NCBI GenBank assembly: GCA_029258885.1
Contig: JAPDJW010000002.1
Span: 320,001 to 384,000 of the forward strand
Length of the DNA stretch: 64,000 nt
Direction of reading: 5' to 3'
From: Thermoproteota archaeon
GTDB taxonomy: Archaea; Thermoproteota; Thermoprotei; Thermofilales; B9-G17
In this document: piece by piece, positions 10,149 to 19,509 of the stretch
How positions within the stretch are numbered: the stretch's first letter is position 1
How the letters are laid out: each line of letters opens with the position of its first letter
The notes under the pieces: generated by a model
What the model was told of the DNA's origin: nothing
The model's input: only the letters and a program-made list of their open reading frames with translations
Databases searched by the model: none
Position numbers and translations under genes: made by a program

Positions 10149-11297
10149 CTATGCTTTCGGAAAATCTCCATAAAAGACGATTTTTGGGCGCTCCTCCCTA
10201 AGTTCTGGAGGCGTTTCCACCGAGAACTCAGGCCATTCATTCTCCAGAATAGGGTTTATGCACCTTACATTTAGATGAATTTCATTAAGCCTTAGAGTTG
10301 AACTAGCGTCTCTGAGTTTCAGGCCATGAAGCTTCATATTATCCATATATTCCCTCAGCAGGAATATTATGAATCCTCCAGCGTTAGAGCCTCCACAAAT
10401 AAATATTCCTTCATTAGCCGCTCTAACTTTTAAAATTTCGGCTGAACCGTCCCCAATGTTTACCTCAAGTCCTCTAACGTATTTTCCTGAATATCTATCT
10501 AGTATTGCAAGGTATTTACTGCAGGCTAAATATAGGTATTTCTTATCTAAAGCTATTGATGGAGTACATTCCTCAAGTAACTTAGGATCGCCATTAGCTA
10601 GCATGCATCCCCACAGAAAGTTACCGTCAAGGCTGAAACAGGAGACACTAGGCGGCGTAGCACATACATATACTTGATCGCCGCTTAAACGTACGGCAGA
10701 CGGATAGGTGAGCCATAATCCCTCCTTAGTCTCGGTGAAGTCAATACACCATCTAACGTTAAAGTCTTCATCGAGAAGCATGAGAATTGAATTATCGTAG
10801 TATAATCGGCTTCCAGCCACAACATATCCTCCTGAACGATATATAGAGTATAGGCGTAGAGGATTCCTTTCGGTTGAGGACTCTAATGTAACAGCAAATC
10901 CAGTGATATTATCCATTGAGGCTTTAACAATTAGTCCGTCCTCATTACATGTAACGACGAAGTCCTCAGCACAGCAAATATCATTAATAACGTGATACTC
11001 ACCGTCGAGCTCAAATGTAGCCCAACACCTCTTAAAAACTCCACTATAATCAAGGAATCCTAGCAGAAAGCTGCCTGAAACAGCGATGACATCCCTTAAG
11101 CCGCATAGCCTATTAAAGACGAAGCCATCAACCCTGGGAATAGGCGTAGATTTAAACCACACCAAATTATCATCAGCTAGACATCCAATGAAAGTGTTTG
11201 AGCTAGAAATGCCGCAAAAATAAAGACTGCCGCCGTAGGGAATAACATCATAAATCCAGCTTTCACCTCTCCCAATCAAACACAGCCAGCCAGACAC
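10149..11297 (-). CDS. Hypothetical protein, probable beta-propeller
   Basis: Long ORF with repeated short beta-strand motifs (LYFCG, IAVSG, YVVAGS, VYVCA, IFICGG). Confidence 0.6.
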   Translation of the reverse strand: MSGWLCLIGRGESWIYDVIPYGGSLYFCGISSSNTFIGCLADDNLVWFKSTPIPRVDGFVFNRLCGLRDVIAVSGSFLLGFLDYSGVFKRCWATFELDGEYHVINDICCAEDFVVTCNEDGLIVKASMDNITGFAVTLESSTERNPLRLYSIYRSGGYVVAGSRLYYDNSILMLLDEDFNVRWCIDFTETKEGLWLTYPSAVRLSGDQVYVCATPPSVSCFSLDGNFLWGCMLANGDPKLLEECTPSIALDKKYLYLACSKYLAILDRYSGKYVRGLEVNIGDGSAEILKVRAANEGIFICGGSNAGGFIIFLLREYMDNMKLHGLKLRDASSTLRLNEIHLNVRCINPILENEWPEFSVETPPELREERPKIVFYGDFPKA

Positions 11298-11524
11298 ATA
11301 CTAAATAAAGGGAGGAAAACATATAAAAATAAAACAGGCGAAGCTGGCATCGATTTATTCACCTTAACCAAAGAAGGTATTCAGTAGCAAATATATGAAA
11401 ATTAATGTGTATTAAAAGTAAGATAAACATATATTAGCTTCCTCGAGGCTTTATAGGGGGAAGAGATTTATTTCTTCTATCTCATTTTCATGTTAGTGAT
11501 AGAATATTTGCCCCGTAGGGAAGG

Positions 11525-12281
11525 ATGAAAATGTATACGATTAAAAGGAAGCGTTTTTTGAAGAATATAATTCTAGAAAGTATACTTCCTCCATACGAGG
11601 TCGATGAGGCCTATGAGGAGGAGCTTATTGGTGAATTCCAAAATGGTGTTGAGAGAACGTACTTTGACCACTTCATCAAGCTTGTTGGATTAAACGGTTT
11701 CATACTGGATTTAGCTTGCGGGGATGGTAGACATACACTCCGTCTTTCTGAAAAAATGCGTTACGTAACAGCGCTGGATCTATCCTCTAAGCAATTATAT
11801 AAGGCCAGAATAAAGTGTCAACTTAAGGAAAATATATCGTTTATTAGGGGCTCTATGTTCAATCTTCCCTTTAGAGAAAAAAATATTCGACGGTATCTGG
11901 CTCTCACAAGCCTTCGAGTATGTACCTCCAGACATGAGGGACAGATTCATTGAATACATTATAGGAATATTAAAGTCAGGAGGCATCCTGTTTATGAGCG
12001 TAGAAACCTGGCTGTATCCCAGTTTTCTCAAATCTATAAAGAATTTCATGAAAGACTTTATGCTTTATCTCTATTGGAAGTTTCTAAAACGTAAACCGCT
12101 TTTATGGGGCGAGTACCTGTATAAGCTAACAGTTAATGACGGATATACAATATATCACTATCACGTACATACGGACAAAAGAACTCTGCTCAAGCCAGTC
12201 AAAAAACATAAACTAAAAATACTTGATTTAGACCTCCACGATGGCTATATCTATATACTCTGCAGGAAATATTATACTTAA
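11525..12281 (+). pseudogene. Class I SAM-dependent methyltransferase, frameshifted
   Basis: ILDLACGDGRH motif I in ORF 11525-11953. Removing one A from the A7 run at 11877-11883 joins ...NLPFREKIFDGIWLSQAFEYVP to ORF 11934-12281. Confidence 0.8.
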
Positions 12282-12335
12282 GGTTTTATGTTTTGTCAAA
12301 ATATTCAAAATTAATAGAAAATAGAATTTATTATC

Positions 12336-12710
12336 TTATTGAATCTTTTCTACGAATTTCTCTTTATCTATTATATGTCTCTCATGTATTCCATGCGCTA
12401 TTTTTGCTTGGTTGTACCATGCTTCTACCCAGAAGGTTAGCCGTTTTCCGTCTACCGATATTAGTTCCGCTTTAACCTCTACTTCTCCGCCTAATGGTGT
12501 TGGTTTGAAATGTTTTATGTCTACGTGTACTCCTACTGTTGTCTGGTTTTCCGGCAGATATTTATCTGCTAGTGTTCTGCATGTTTTCTCCATAAATGCT
12601 ATTAATGATGGTGTTGATAGTACGGCTAGTTCTCCGCTTCCAACGTGTTTCGCTAAATGTTTTTCCTCTACCTTGAATTTCTCGGTGTGGGTTAGTCCTT
12701 TTCTGAGCAT
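12336..12710 (-). CDS. Hotdog-fold thioesterase (fluoroacetyl-CoA thioesterase FlK-like)
   Basis: VLSTPSLIAFME, TVGVHVDIKHFKPTP and GIHERHII motifs. Confidence 0.9.
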   Translation of the reverse strand: MLRKGLTHTEKFKVEEKHLAKHVGSGELAVLSTPSLIAFMEKTCRTLADKYLPENQTTVGVHVDIKHFKPTPLGGEVEVKAELISVDGKRLTFWVEAWYNQAKIAHGIHERHIIDKEKFVEKIQ

Positions 12711-12756
12711 GTTAATCCCCCTTAAATATTTAAAATATCATATTTAATGATTATTT

Positions 12757-13686
12757 ATGGGTAGGGTTCTGTATGTTCCTGCTAAGCTTAGGAAGCTTGA
12801 TAAGAGGTTTAGTCTTCCGTTTAAGTTTAGGGAGGCTTTGGAGCTTTCGCCTCTGAGGGATATGGTTGAGGAGGGTAATATCGTTGCTATAAAAATTCAT
12901 GTTGGCGATATGTCTGGAGGCGGCTTTAGGTATATTAGGCCTGTATTCGTTAGGATTCTCGTTGAATACGTTAAGGGTTTAGGCGGGCTTCCTTTTGTTA
13001 CTGATACTTGGGGATTGAAGCACGTCTACGTGGGTTTGAGGAATGGCTTTAACTACGCTACGCTGGGCTGTCCATTGATTCCCGCTAACGGTATTAAGGA
13101 GAACTTCTTCTATGAGGTTGAGATTACGAAATATTTCCATCTGAACAAAATTCAGGTTGCAGGCAACATATACGACGCTGATGTTCTAATAGACTTTGCT
13201 CACGCTAAGGGCCATGTTTCCCCTGGTTTTGGTGCCTGTATTAAGAATATTGCTATGGGATGTACATCCTATAGGACTAGGCATGAGATTCATAGGTTTG
13301 AGAAGAGTGATAATGTAGGGAAGGCTTTTCAGGAGGCTATGGCTGACGCCGTCTCGGCTGTGCTTAAGAATAAGAGGGGTAAGTGTCTCCACATAAACTA
13401 TGTTATGGATGTTCAGCCGTCCTGTGACTGTGCTCCATGGTCTGATATACCGGTTGTCCCCGATATAGGGATTCTTATATCGGATGACATTGTAGCTGTT
13501 GATCACGCTGCGATTAAGATGGTTGATGAAGCACCTATTGTTCCTAATTCTATTGCTGCTAAGCTAGATCTTAAGCCTGGGGATAATAAGTGGCTTAAAA
13601 TACATGGTAAGGATCCATATATTCAGGTTGAGGCGTGTGAGAAGCTTGGCTTAGGATCCACAAATTACGAGCTTGTGGAGGTCTAG
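12757..13686 (+). CDS. DUF362-family Fe-S protein
   Basis: VAIKIHVG, AHAKGH...FGACIKNIAMGC, PSCDC and SDDIVAVDHA motifs. Confidence 0.85.
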   Translation: MGRVLYVPAKLRKLDKRFSLPFKFREALELSPLRDMVEEGNIVAIKIHVGDMSGGGFRYIRPVFVRILVEYVKGLGGLPFVTDTWGLKHVYVGLRNGFNYATLGCPLIPANGIKENFFYEVEITKYFHLNKIQVAGNIYDADVLIDFAHAKGHVSPGFGACIKNIAMGCTSYRTRHEIHRFEKSDNVGKAFQEAMADAVSAVLKNKRGKCLHINYVMDVQPSCDCAPWSDIPVVPDIGILISDDIVAVDHAAIKMVDEAPIVPNSIAAKLDLKPGDNKWLKIHGKDPYIQVEACEKLGLGSTNYELVEV

Positions 13687-13690
13687 CCCG

Positions 13691-13912
13691 ATGCCTAAGG
13701 TAATAGTTGATCATGAGAAATGTATTGGATGCGCTAGATGCTGCGCTGTATGTCCATCGAAGGTGTTTGTAATTAAGGAGGGTAAATCCTATCCGGTTAA
13801 TGAGGATAGGTGCGTGATGTGTAGGGCGTGTGTAACCCATTGTCCTGTTGGTGCGATAACTCTAGCTCATAGGGAAGTTACGGGGGCTTTTTCGAGGCTG
13901 TATGAAGATTAG
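13691..13912 (+). CDS. 2[4Fe-4S] ferredoxin
   Basis: Two CxxCxxCxxxCP motifs (CIGCARCCAVCP, CVMCRACVTHCP). ATG at 13691. Confidence 0.92.
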   Translation: MPKVIVDHEKCIGCARCCAVCPSKVFVIKEGKSYPVNEDRCVMCRACVTHCPVGAITLAHREVTGAFSRLYED

Positions 13913-14018
13913 ATGTTTTGTCGCTGGATGAGGGTTTGGCTTCATTGAATGGGTGGGGGCTCTTCACAGCTTGTGATTGAGGGAAAATATATTATGTTCT
14001 ATAGCTATAGTTATAGTT

Positions 14019-14219
14019 ATGAGCACTACTATTCAGGTTAGTAGGAAAACTCTGCAGTTGCTTAATATGTTGAAGGAGAGGCTGTCGGTTAAGAGTTATG
14101 ATGAGCTTATAAGGATGATGGCTCTTGAAAAGCTTAATTTACCAAAGTCGATGTTCGGCGTTAATCCAAGGCTTTCATCGTTTAAGGAGGAGGATGAGGC
14201 TGAGTTTCATGAGCTATAA
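14019..14219 (+). CDS. vapB: VapB-type antitoxin
   Basis: MSTTIQVSRKTLQLL...SYDELI motif, overlaps the downstream PIN gene. Confidence 0.8.
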   Translation: MSTTIQVSRKTLQLLNMLKERLSVKSYDELIRMMALEKLNLPKSMFGVNPRLSSFKEEDEAEFHEL

Positions 14220-14619
14220 GTATGTAATAGATTCCTATGCTTGGATAGAGTACTTTAAGGGTACTGAGGCTGGTCTGAAGGCTAAACGTTACATTGAGGT
14301 TGAGCTGTCAGCTACGCCTACAATCGTTGTTGCTGAGTTATGTAGAAAGCTGTTAAGGGAGGTTAATGCTGGTAGGGAAACAATCTATGGAATGAATAAG
14401 ATGTTAAAGTTTGTTAGATCGTCGACTATTATTGTTGACCTAAACTATGATATTGCGTTGTTAGCTGGAGAAATTGATGTTAGAAGAAAGCGCAGGGTTA
14501 GGGGCTGGGGGCTTGCAGATTCAATAATTCTAGCCACCGCAAGGATATGCAATGCTAAGGTAGTTACTGGAGATGGGCATTTCAGTGATCTCAAGGATGA
14601 AGTTATAATGATTAAATAG
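14209..14619 (+). CDS. vapC: VapC PIN-domain ribonuclease toxin
   Basis: YVIDSYAWIEY, VVAEL, LADSIILATA and VTGDGHF motifs. ATG at 14209. Confidence 0.92.
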   Translation: MSYKYVIDSYAWIEYFKGTEAGLKAKRYIEVELSATPTIVVAELCRKLLREVNAGRETIYGMNKMLKFVRSSTIIVDLNYDIALLAGEIDVRRKRRVRGWGLADSIILATARICNAKVVTGDGHFSDLKDEVIMIK

Positions 14620-14648
14620 GAAACCTGTGGATGGCAAGAATTCAGTAA

Positions 14649-15128
14649 TTAGGATCTTACCCTTATTTCACCTATAAATCTAGCTTTCCTTAGTACTGCG
14701 AATTTGCTTATATGTTTAGGTATTTCAACTACCCTACAGTTTATTATCCTCAATACTCTGTTTCTGAAGTCCTTCTCGGTGACATCATCCTCGAATATCA
14801 GCTCATTTATACCTAGGAATACTATCGGTGAATCAACTGAATACAGGTCGGCTTTGCTGACGCTTAGCTTACCTATATGCCTAATGACCGTAGGTACTAT
14901 TTTTCTGAGAGGCCTAGGCGCCATCTCCTTCATCTTTCTAACTATATTTACTGGTACAAGCATCAGTTCTTCACTCTCATCAACCACCGATACGAATAGT
15001 TTAAATGCTTGGGAGGCTACAGTTCCCACGTTCATTCTCATCCTCTTAGCTAGGTCCGCCAGCTCTCTGTATGCCTCCTCCTCAACCCCCCTTATAACAA
15101 CAGTCTTCTTCCTCTCCTCATTCGACAT
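14649..15128 (-). CDS. Hypothetical protein with an N-terminal ribbon-helix-helix-like segment
   Basis: KTVVIRGVEEEAYRELADLAKRMRMNVGTVASQAF. Coupled to the upstream 599-aa gene. Confidence 0.6.
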   Translation of the reverse strand: MSNEERKKTVVIRGVEEEAYRELADLAKRMRMNVGTVASQAFKLFVSVVDESEELMLVPVNIVRKMKEMAPRPLRKIVPTVIRHIGKLSVSKADLYSVDSPIVFLGINELIFEDDVTEKDFRNRVLRIINCRVVEIPKHISKFAVLRKARFIGEIRVRS

Positions 15129-16927
15129 TATTCATCACCATTAAGTTTATCTATTTCAGTTATAACTGTATCTATCTCATCTAGTAAGTCCTTGCACTTT
15201 ATCTTCCTGTTGTTTCTCACGTATACTCCTGTAAATCCTATAGCCATAACCACGGCTATTAAAGCCGCTATTACGAGGTTAAGTCTACTCACGTAACTAT
15301 ATCCCACGTCATCCTTTGGCTGATTACTGGGTAGGGATACTTTAGCCGGATCCCTGACGACCAAGTTGTATGTTTTAACGCTTACTTCGCTGGTAAAGAA
15401 CTTCGCCTCAATGGTATTGCCGCTGAATTCAAGCACTGGCTGCTCCGTCTCGTACATTATATTTAATGCTTCAATAGCTGTCTTTCTCTCCTCGATTAAT
15501 TTAAGGTTTAATTCAATAGTCTCCCTGTAACTGTAGAATTCAGCGATATTTTCATCCAGTAGCTTCCTCCTCTCCACTATTTCCTCGGCGTAGCCCTTAG
15601 TCTGCTCGGCCATTGCCCGTGTGTACATACTTGCGTTGCGTAGCCCCTCGGCAAGCTCCATTAAATACCCGGATGAGGTCTTTAAAGCTGAACTAAACTC
15701 CCTTATATTGCTGGATACGTTACTATCGAGCAGGTTGTCTAGAGTATTCAGTAGGCTCCGTACCTCAGATAGGTCGTCTATCGCCTCCTTCAAGTTCTTC
15801 TTGACATTGCCTAGATAATTGTCTGAAAGGGGCAGGGAGTCCAATATACCGTATATTTTCTCCAGTAGAGTTATAGCCTTATCCACGTAACCTAAAGCAG
15901 TACTTAATGTATCTCTGGCGTCGCTTAATCTGGCTGTAAGCTCCTCAACATCGTCCGCAAGCTTCTCAGCCTCCATTGATGCATTCATTAGACCGGATGC
16001 AGCCCTAGACGATATGTTAGCGCACTCCTCCAACATATCAGCGTATTTCGTAAAATTTTCGCTTAGAATATTCAGTATGTTTGTCATGTTATCGAGTGCA
16101 ATAGTTATGTTGCCCATGAGGGAATCAAGCAACTTAAATCCTTTAATCATATCCTCGAGCTCTGACATCGAGGGCGTGCTTCCATTGTATAGGCTTGGAT
16201 CTATGAAGACCTCCACCCTAGGGGCTGTTAGCGTAGCCTCCTTCCACTCGCTCATCCCGCTGACCTTCAACCTTAAGCTTATCGTATAGTTGTCGTCTAG
16301 TACGGTGAACCAGGAGAGAAGGAAGTATTCTCCAACCATAGTTATGATGTTAGGCTTCGGATGTACATCAAGCATCGTAAACCTCGATGAATCAATAGTC
16401 CACGAAATGAATGCGAACAATGGGGGTGTAACGTTACCTAAGCTTAAATTATTCTTCAGGTGTAGGACGTAGGATATTTCGCATCCACTGCTCCTGTTCA
16501 CCAGGTAGAAGCTGCCGATATTCGCTGGAGACGTGGACGCATTATCAACGTTTATCTCGCTCCAAACTATAACCGGAACTATAAGGGACTCAGCCGAATA
16601 CCTTATCTTAAGCCTTCCATCAACCCTAACGTTACGCCAGTAAAGCTCAACCACACTACCATTAACCCTAACCTCACTGGGCTGGAGGCCATAGAATTCC
16701 AAGCTATTTTCCTTTATGTACATAATCCTATCGGTGAGATTGACAACGCCGTAACCTTCGACGCTTAACGTAACGTAAACCCTAGATTCAACTGATTCAC
16801 CGTTAAATGTAACTAGTATGCTTCTGCAGACCGATTTCTCGAGTATAAACTCTGGGCTACCGCTAGCTATTGAACTGAAGATTGTCGTTATCACTATTAA
16901 AGCCAGCACATACGCCTTAGCTTTCAT
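15128..16927 (-). CDS. Secreted/membrane-anchored protein with a long coiled-coil
   Basis: N-terminal signal-like hydrophobic segment, beta-rich region, about 250 aa of heptad-rich helix, C-terminal TM helix followed by basic residues. Confidence 0.75.
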   Translation of the reverse strand: MKAKAYVLALIVITTIFSSIASGSPEFILEKSVCRSILVTFNGESVESRVYVTLSVEGYGVVNLTDRIMYIKENSLEFYGLQPSEVRVNGSVVELYWRNVRVDGRLKIRYSAESLIVPVIVWSEINVDNASTSPANIGSFYLVNRSSGCEISYVLHLKNNLSLGNVTPPLFAFISWTIDSSRFTMLDVHPKPNIITMVGEYFLLSWFTVLDDNYTISLRLKVSGMSEWKEATLTAPRVEVFIDPSLYNGSTPSMSELEDMIKGFKLLDSLMGNITIALDNMTNILNILSENFTKYADMLEECANISSRAASGLMNASMEAEKLADDVEELTARLSDARDTLSTALGYVDKAITLLEKIYGILDSLPLSDNYLGNVKKNLKEAIDDLSEVRSLLNTLDNLLDSNVSSNIREFSSALKTSSGYLMELAEGLRNASMYTRAMAEQTKGYAEEIVERRKLLDENIAEFYSYRETIELNLKLIEERKTAIEALNIMYETEQPVLEFSGNTIEAKFFTSEVSVKTYNLVVRDPAKVSLPSNQPKDDVGYSYVSRLNLVIAALIAVVMAIGFTGVYVRNNRKIKCKDLLDEIDTVITEIDKLNGDE

Positions 16928-17054
16928 AGTTATCTTCGTAATACTCGTATATCAAATATATAAATTTTACTATAGGCATTCACCTCTAGGCGTATAGTAT
17001 TTTGGAAAAGTATTTACTTTTCTGTAGGTATAATTGTTGTATGAATAATGCATA

Positions 17055-17291
17055 GTGATAGGGTTGGAAACGGAAGTATTTTGTATTAGGATTAGGAGGG
17101 AGTTAAAAGATAAGATTAGGAAGTATAGTGATATTGACTGGAGGAAGCTAATAGAGGAATTCATCGAAGATGTAGTGGCTCGTAGAGAGATGGAGGAGGC
17201 TTTTAAAAGGCTGGACGAAATATTGAAGGATATTCCTCCATCAAAGGAACCTGCATGTAAGCTCATAAGGGAAGATAGAGGTAAATTGTAA
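17055..17291 (+). CDS. VapB-like (RHH/CopG) antitoxin whose cognate toxin is reduced to a stub
   Basis: FCIRIRRELKDKI...IDWRKLIEEFIE...KLIREDR, typical of archaeal VapB. Confidence 0.75.
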   Translation: MIGLETEVFCIRIRRELKDKIRKYSDIDWRKLIEEFIEDVVARREMEEAFKRLDEILKDIPPSKEPACKLIREDRGKL

Positions 17292-17320
17292 TAGATACTT
17301 CTATATATGCTAGCGTAGCC
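17285..17320 (+). pseudogene. N-terminal stub of a VapC PIN toxin
   Basis: ATT GTA ATA GAT ACT TCT... reads (M/I)VIDTSIYASVA and overlaps the antitoxin stop. It ends at the 3' end of the convergent ABC ATPase gene. Confidence 0.5.
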
Positions 17321-17321
17321 A

Positions 17322-18212
17322 TTATGCTGTCTTCTGAAGTCTTCTAATAGCTTGTTTAATACGTACTACCTCTTTCTCAGCCTCATTTCTAGGCAGTATT
17401 CCTTCAATCATTAGTCTCCTCAGGCTTTGAGCGCGTGTTTTAAGTAGGTTTAGCTGTGCATTCTTCATGAGGTCTGATTTCCTTATTCTTGTTAGCTCTT
17501 CGCTCAGCTTGGAGGATAGCAGGTCTCTCGGCGGGTTTTCATATAGTATTCCATCCCTGATGTATACTACCCTCGTAGCTATTTCGGTAAGCTCTAGGTT
17601 GTGGGTTACTATTAGGAATGTTTGTCCATATACCTCGTTGAGCCATTTAACTAGCGAAATGACCTTCGCTGAGGAGCGTGTATCGAGGTTTCCAGTGGGC
17701 TCATCCATAAATACTATTTCGGGATCGTTAGCCAGTGCTCTGGCGATGGCTACTCTCTGTTGCTGTCCGCCGCTCAGCTGCGACGGAAACTTGTTGTAGT
17801 GTTCCCTAAGTCCTACGAGACTAAGCAGCTCGAGAGCCCTACTCCTAGCTTCATCAACCGCGTATAGGCCTGACAGGATCATTGGAGCCATAACGTTCTC
17901 CAGTGCGGTAAAGTTTCTTATTAGATTGTACGTCTGGAATACGAATCCAAGTTTCCTGCTCCTTAGAGCTGTAAGCTCCTCCTCATTCAATTCAGTGACG
18001 TTTACATCCCCTATATAGACGCTCCCCATAGATGGCTTATCAAGAGTGCTAGCGATACTTAGCAACGTGGATTTACCGCTTCCGCTTGGGCCCATGACTA
18101 CCACTAGTTCTCCAGCCTCTACCTCAAAGTTAATGTTCTTAAGCACGGCCATCCTTTTGTCCCCGTATCCATAGAACTTCCACACGTTAACGAGCCTGAG
18201 CACGCTACTCAT
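17322..18212 (-). CDS. ABC transporter ATP-binding protein (LolD/MacB-type) with a C-terminal extension
   Basis: GPSGSGKST, LSGGQQQRVAIARAL, FMDEPTGNLD and IVTH motifs. Confidence 0.95.
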   Translation of the reverse strand: MSSVLRLVNVWKFYGYGDKRMAVLKNINFEVEAGELVVVMGPSGSGKSTLLSIASTLDKPSMGSVYIGDVNVTELNEEELTALRSRKLGFVFQTYNLIRNFTALENVMAPMILSGLYAVDEARSRALELLSLVGLREHYNKFPSQLSGGQQQRVAIARALANDPEIVFMDEPTGNLDTRSSAKVISLVKWLNEVYGQTFLIVTHNLELTEIATRVVYIRDGILYENPPRDLLSSKLSEELTRIRKSDLMKNAQLNLLKTRAQSLRRLMIEGILPRNEAEKEVVRIKQAIRRLQKTA

Positions 18213-19368
18213 TCTTCAACACCTCAAGAGGCTTTACCCTACTTGCCTTGAGAACGGGATATGTTGAGGATAGTATGCTTACAGCTATGGATGAGGTAAA
18301 ACCTAAGGCTATAACTAAAGGATCAAGCTTTAAGGACATCGTAAGGATACCTGAAGACTCAATATACCTCCTAAGAAGCTCCGCCAACATAACTCCAAGG
18401 AGCGACCCTATTGCCCCGCCAGCTGCCCCGAAGATGGTGGCTTCAAGCATAAACATCACTACTACGTCACGTGACTTTGCTCCAATAGCCCTTAAGACAG
18501 CTATCTCCCTAGCATGTTCCCTAACGCTGGACATTATCGTGTTTGATGTCCCAAAGACTGCTACGGCAACTCCTATAATAGTTACTGCTGAAAGTAGACC
18601 ATCGATGACCGAGATAATCTGTGTGATAGCTCCTAGAACCTCCTCCCTTCTCAGGATGTTGGCGTTAGGATAAAGTGTTTTCAGGTTCTCCTCAACTTGA
18701 TCGGTGTCCCATTCCTTATCGGCGATTATCATAACCATTGTTACAAAGCCATCCTTATCGATAAGCTTCTGTGCATCCTTCAGGGGAATTACTACGTATG
18801 TACTGAAGGCCGATAAACCCTGAAGCTTCATCCCAATATTGGCTATCCCCACAACCTTAAAGGGATACGCTATGGATCCAATCTGCGACTTCAGGAAGAC
18901 CGTATCTCCAACGCTTATATTCCTCCTCTCAGCGAAGAGCTCGTCAACAATTACAACATTCTCCTCGCCGTCAGCAAACTTACGGCCGACTTTACACTCC
19001 AAAATATAGTCCAGATCCTCCGGCTTCACACCAAATATGAAAGCCATAACACCCTCCATATACCCAGTAACGAAAACCATTGGAATAGCTCTATCAACCC
19101 CAGGAGCATCTTCAACTTCATGGACTATAAACTCGGGTATATCGCAGAGCCCCTCCCCGTATATGGCAAGCTCACCTACAAAAACCTGCTCAATAACTCC
19201 TCCAGCCGCCGCCCTAGCGCTAGCACTAACAATACGGAGTGAAACCAAGGCGGCTACTCCACACGCTATAGCTAGGACTGCAAGCATCGAAATAAACTTC
19301 CTAAACCTTATATCCCTCAAAACGAACCTCAACGATAGCCACAGCAAGCTCATAGTAATCATCGTCAT
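18205..19368 (-). CDS. ABC transporter permease (MacB/FtsX-type)
   Basis: N-terminal TM, extracellular domain, NTIMSSVREHAREIAVLRAIGA and YPVLKASRVKPLEVL motifs. Confidence 0.93.
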   Translation of the reverse strand: MTMITMSLLWLSLRFVLRDIRFRKFISMLAVLAIACGVAALVSLRIVSASARAAAGGVIEQVFVGELAIYGEGLCDIPEFIVHEVEDAPGVDRAIPMVFVTGYMEGVMAFIFGVKPEDLDYILECKVGRKFADGEENVVIVDELFAERRNISVGDTVFLKSQIGSIAYPFKVVGIANIGMKLQGLSAFSTYVVIPLKDAQKLIDKDGFVTMVMIIADKEWDTDQVEENLKTLYPNANILRREEVLGAITQIISVIDGLLSAVTIIGVAVAVFGTSNTIMSSVREHAREIAVLRAIGAKSRDVVVMFMLEATIFGAAGGAIGSLLGVMLAELLRRYIESSGILTMSLKLDPLVIALGFTSSIAVSILSSTYPVLKASRVKPLEVLKNE

Positions 19369-19509
19369 ACATGTATGACAAATATATAAATCTTTCTATA
19401 AACTATTTTACTTATCAACAGCTATCCCATCTATAGCCGTAGAGGATAGTTGGAGTTAGCTGCTAAAATATAATTAGCAGTATTAATCCCCGCTAGTGGT
19501 AAGCGCACC

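Noticed and set aside
9909-10274. 121-aa plus-strand ORF
   Set aside because: Overlaps the 382-aa gene antisense and has no recognisable features.
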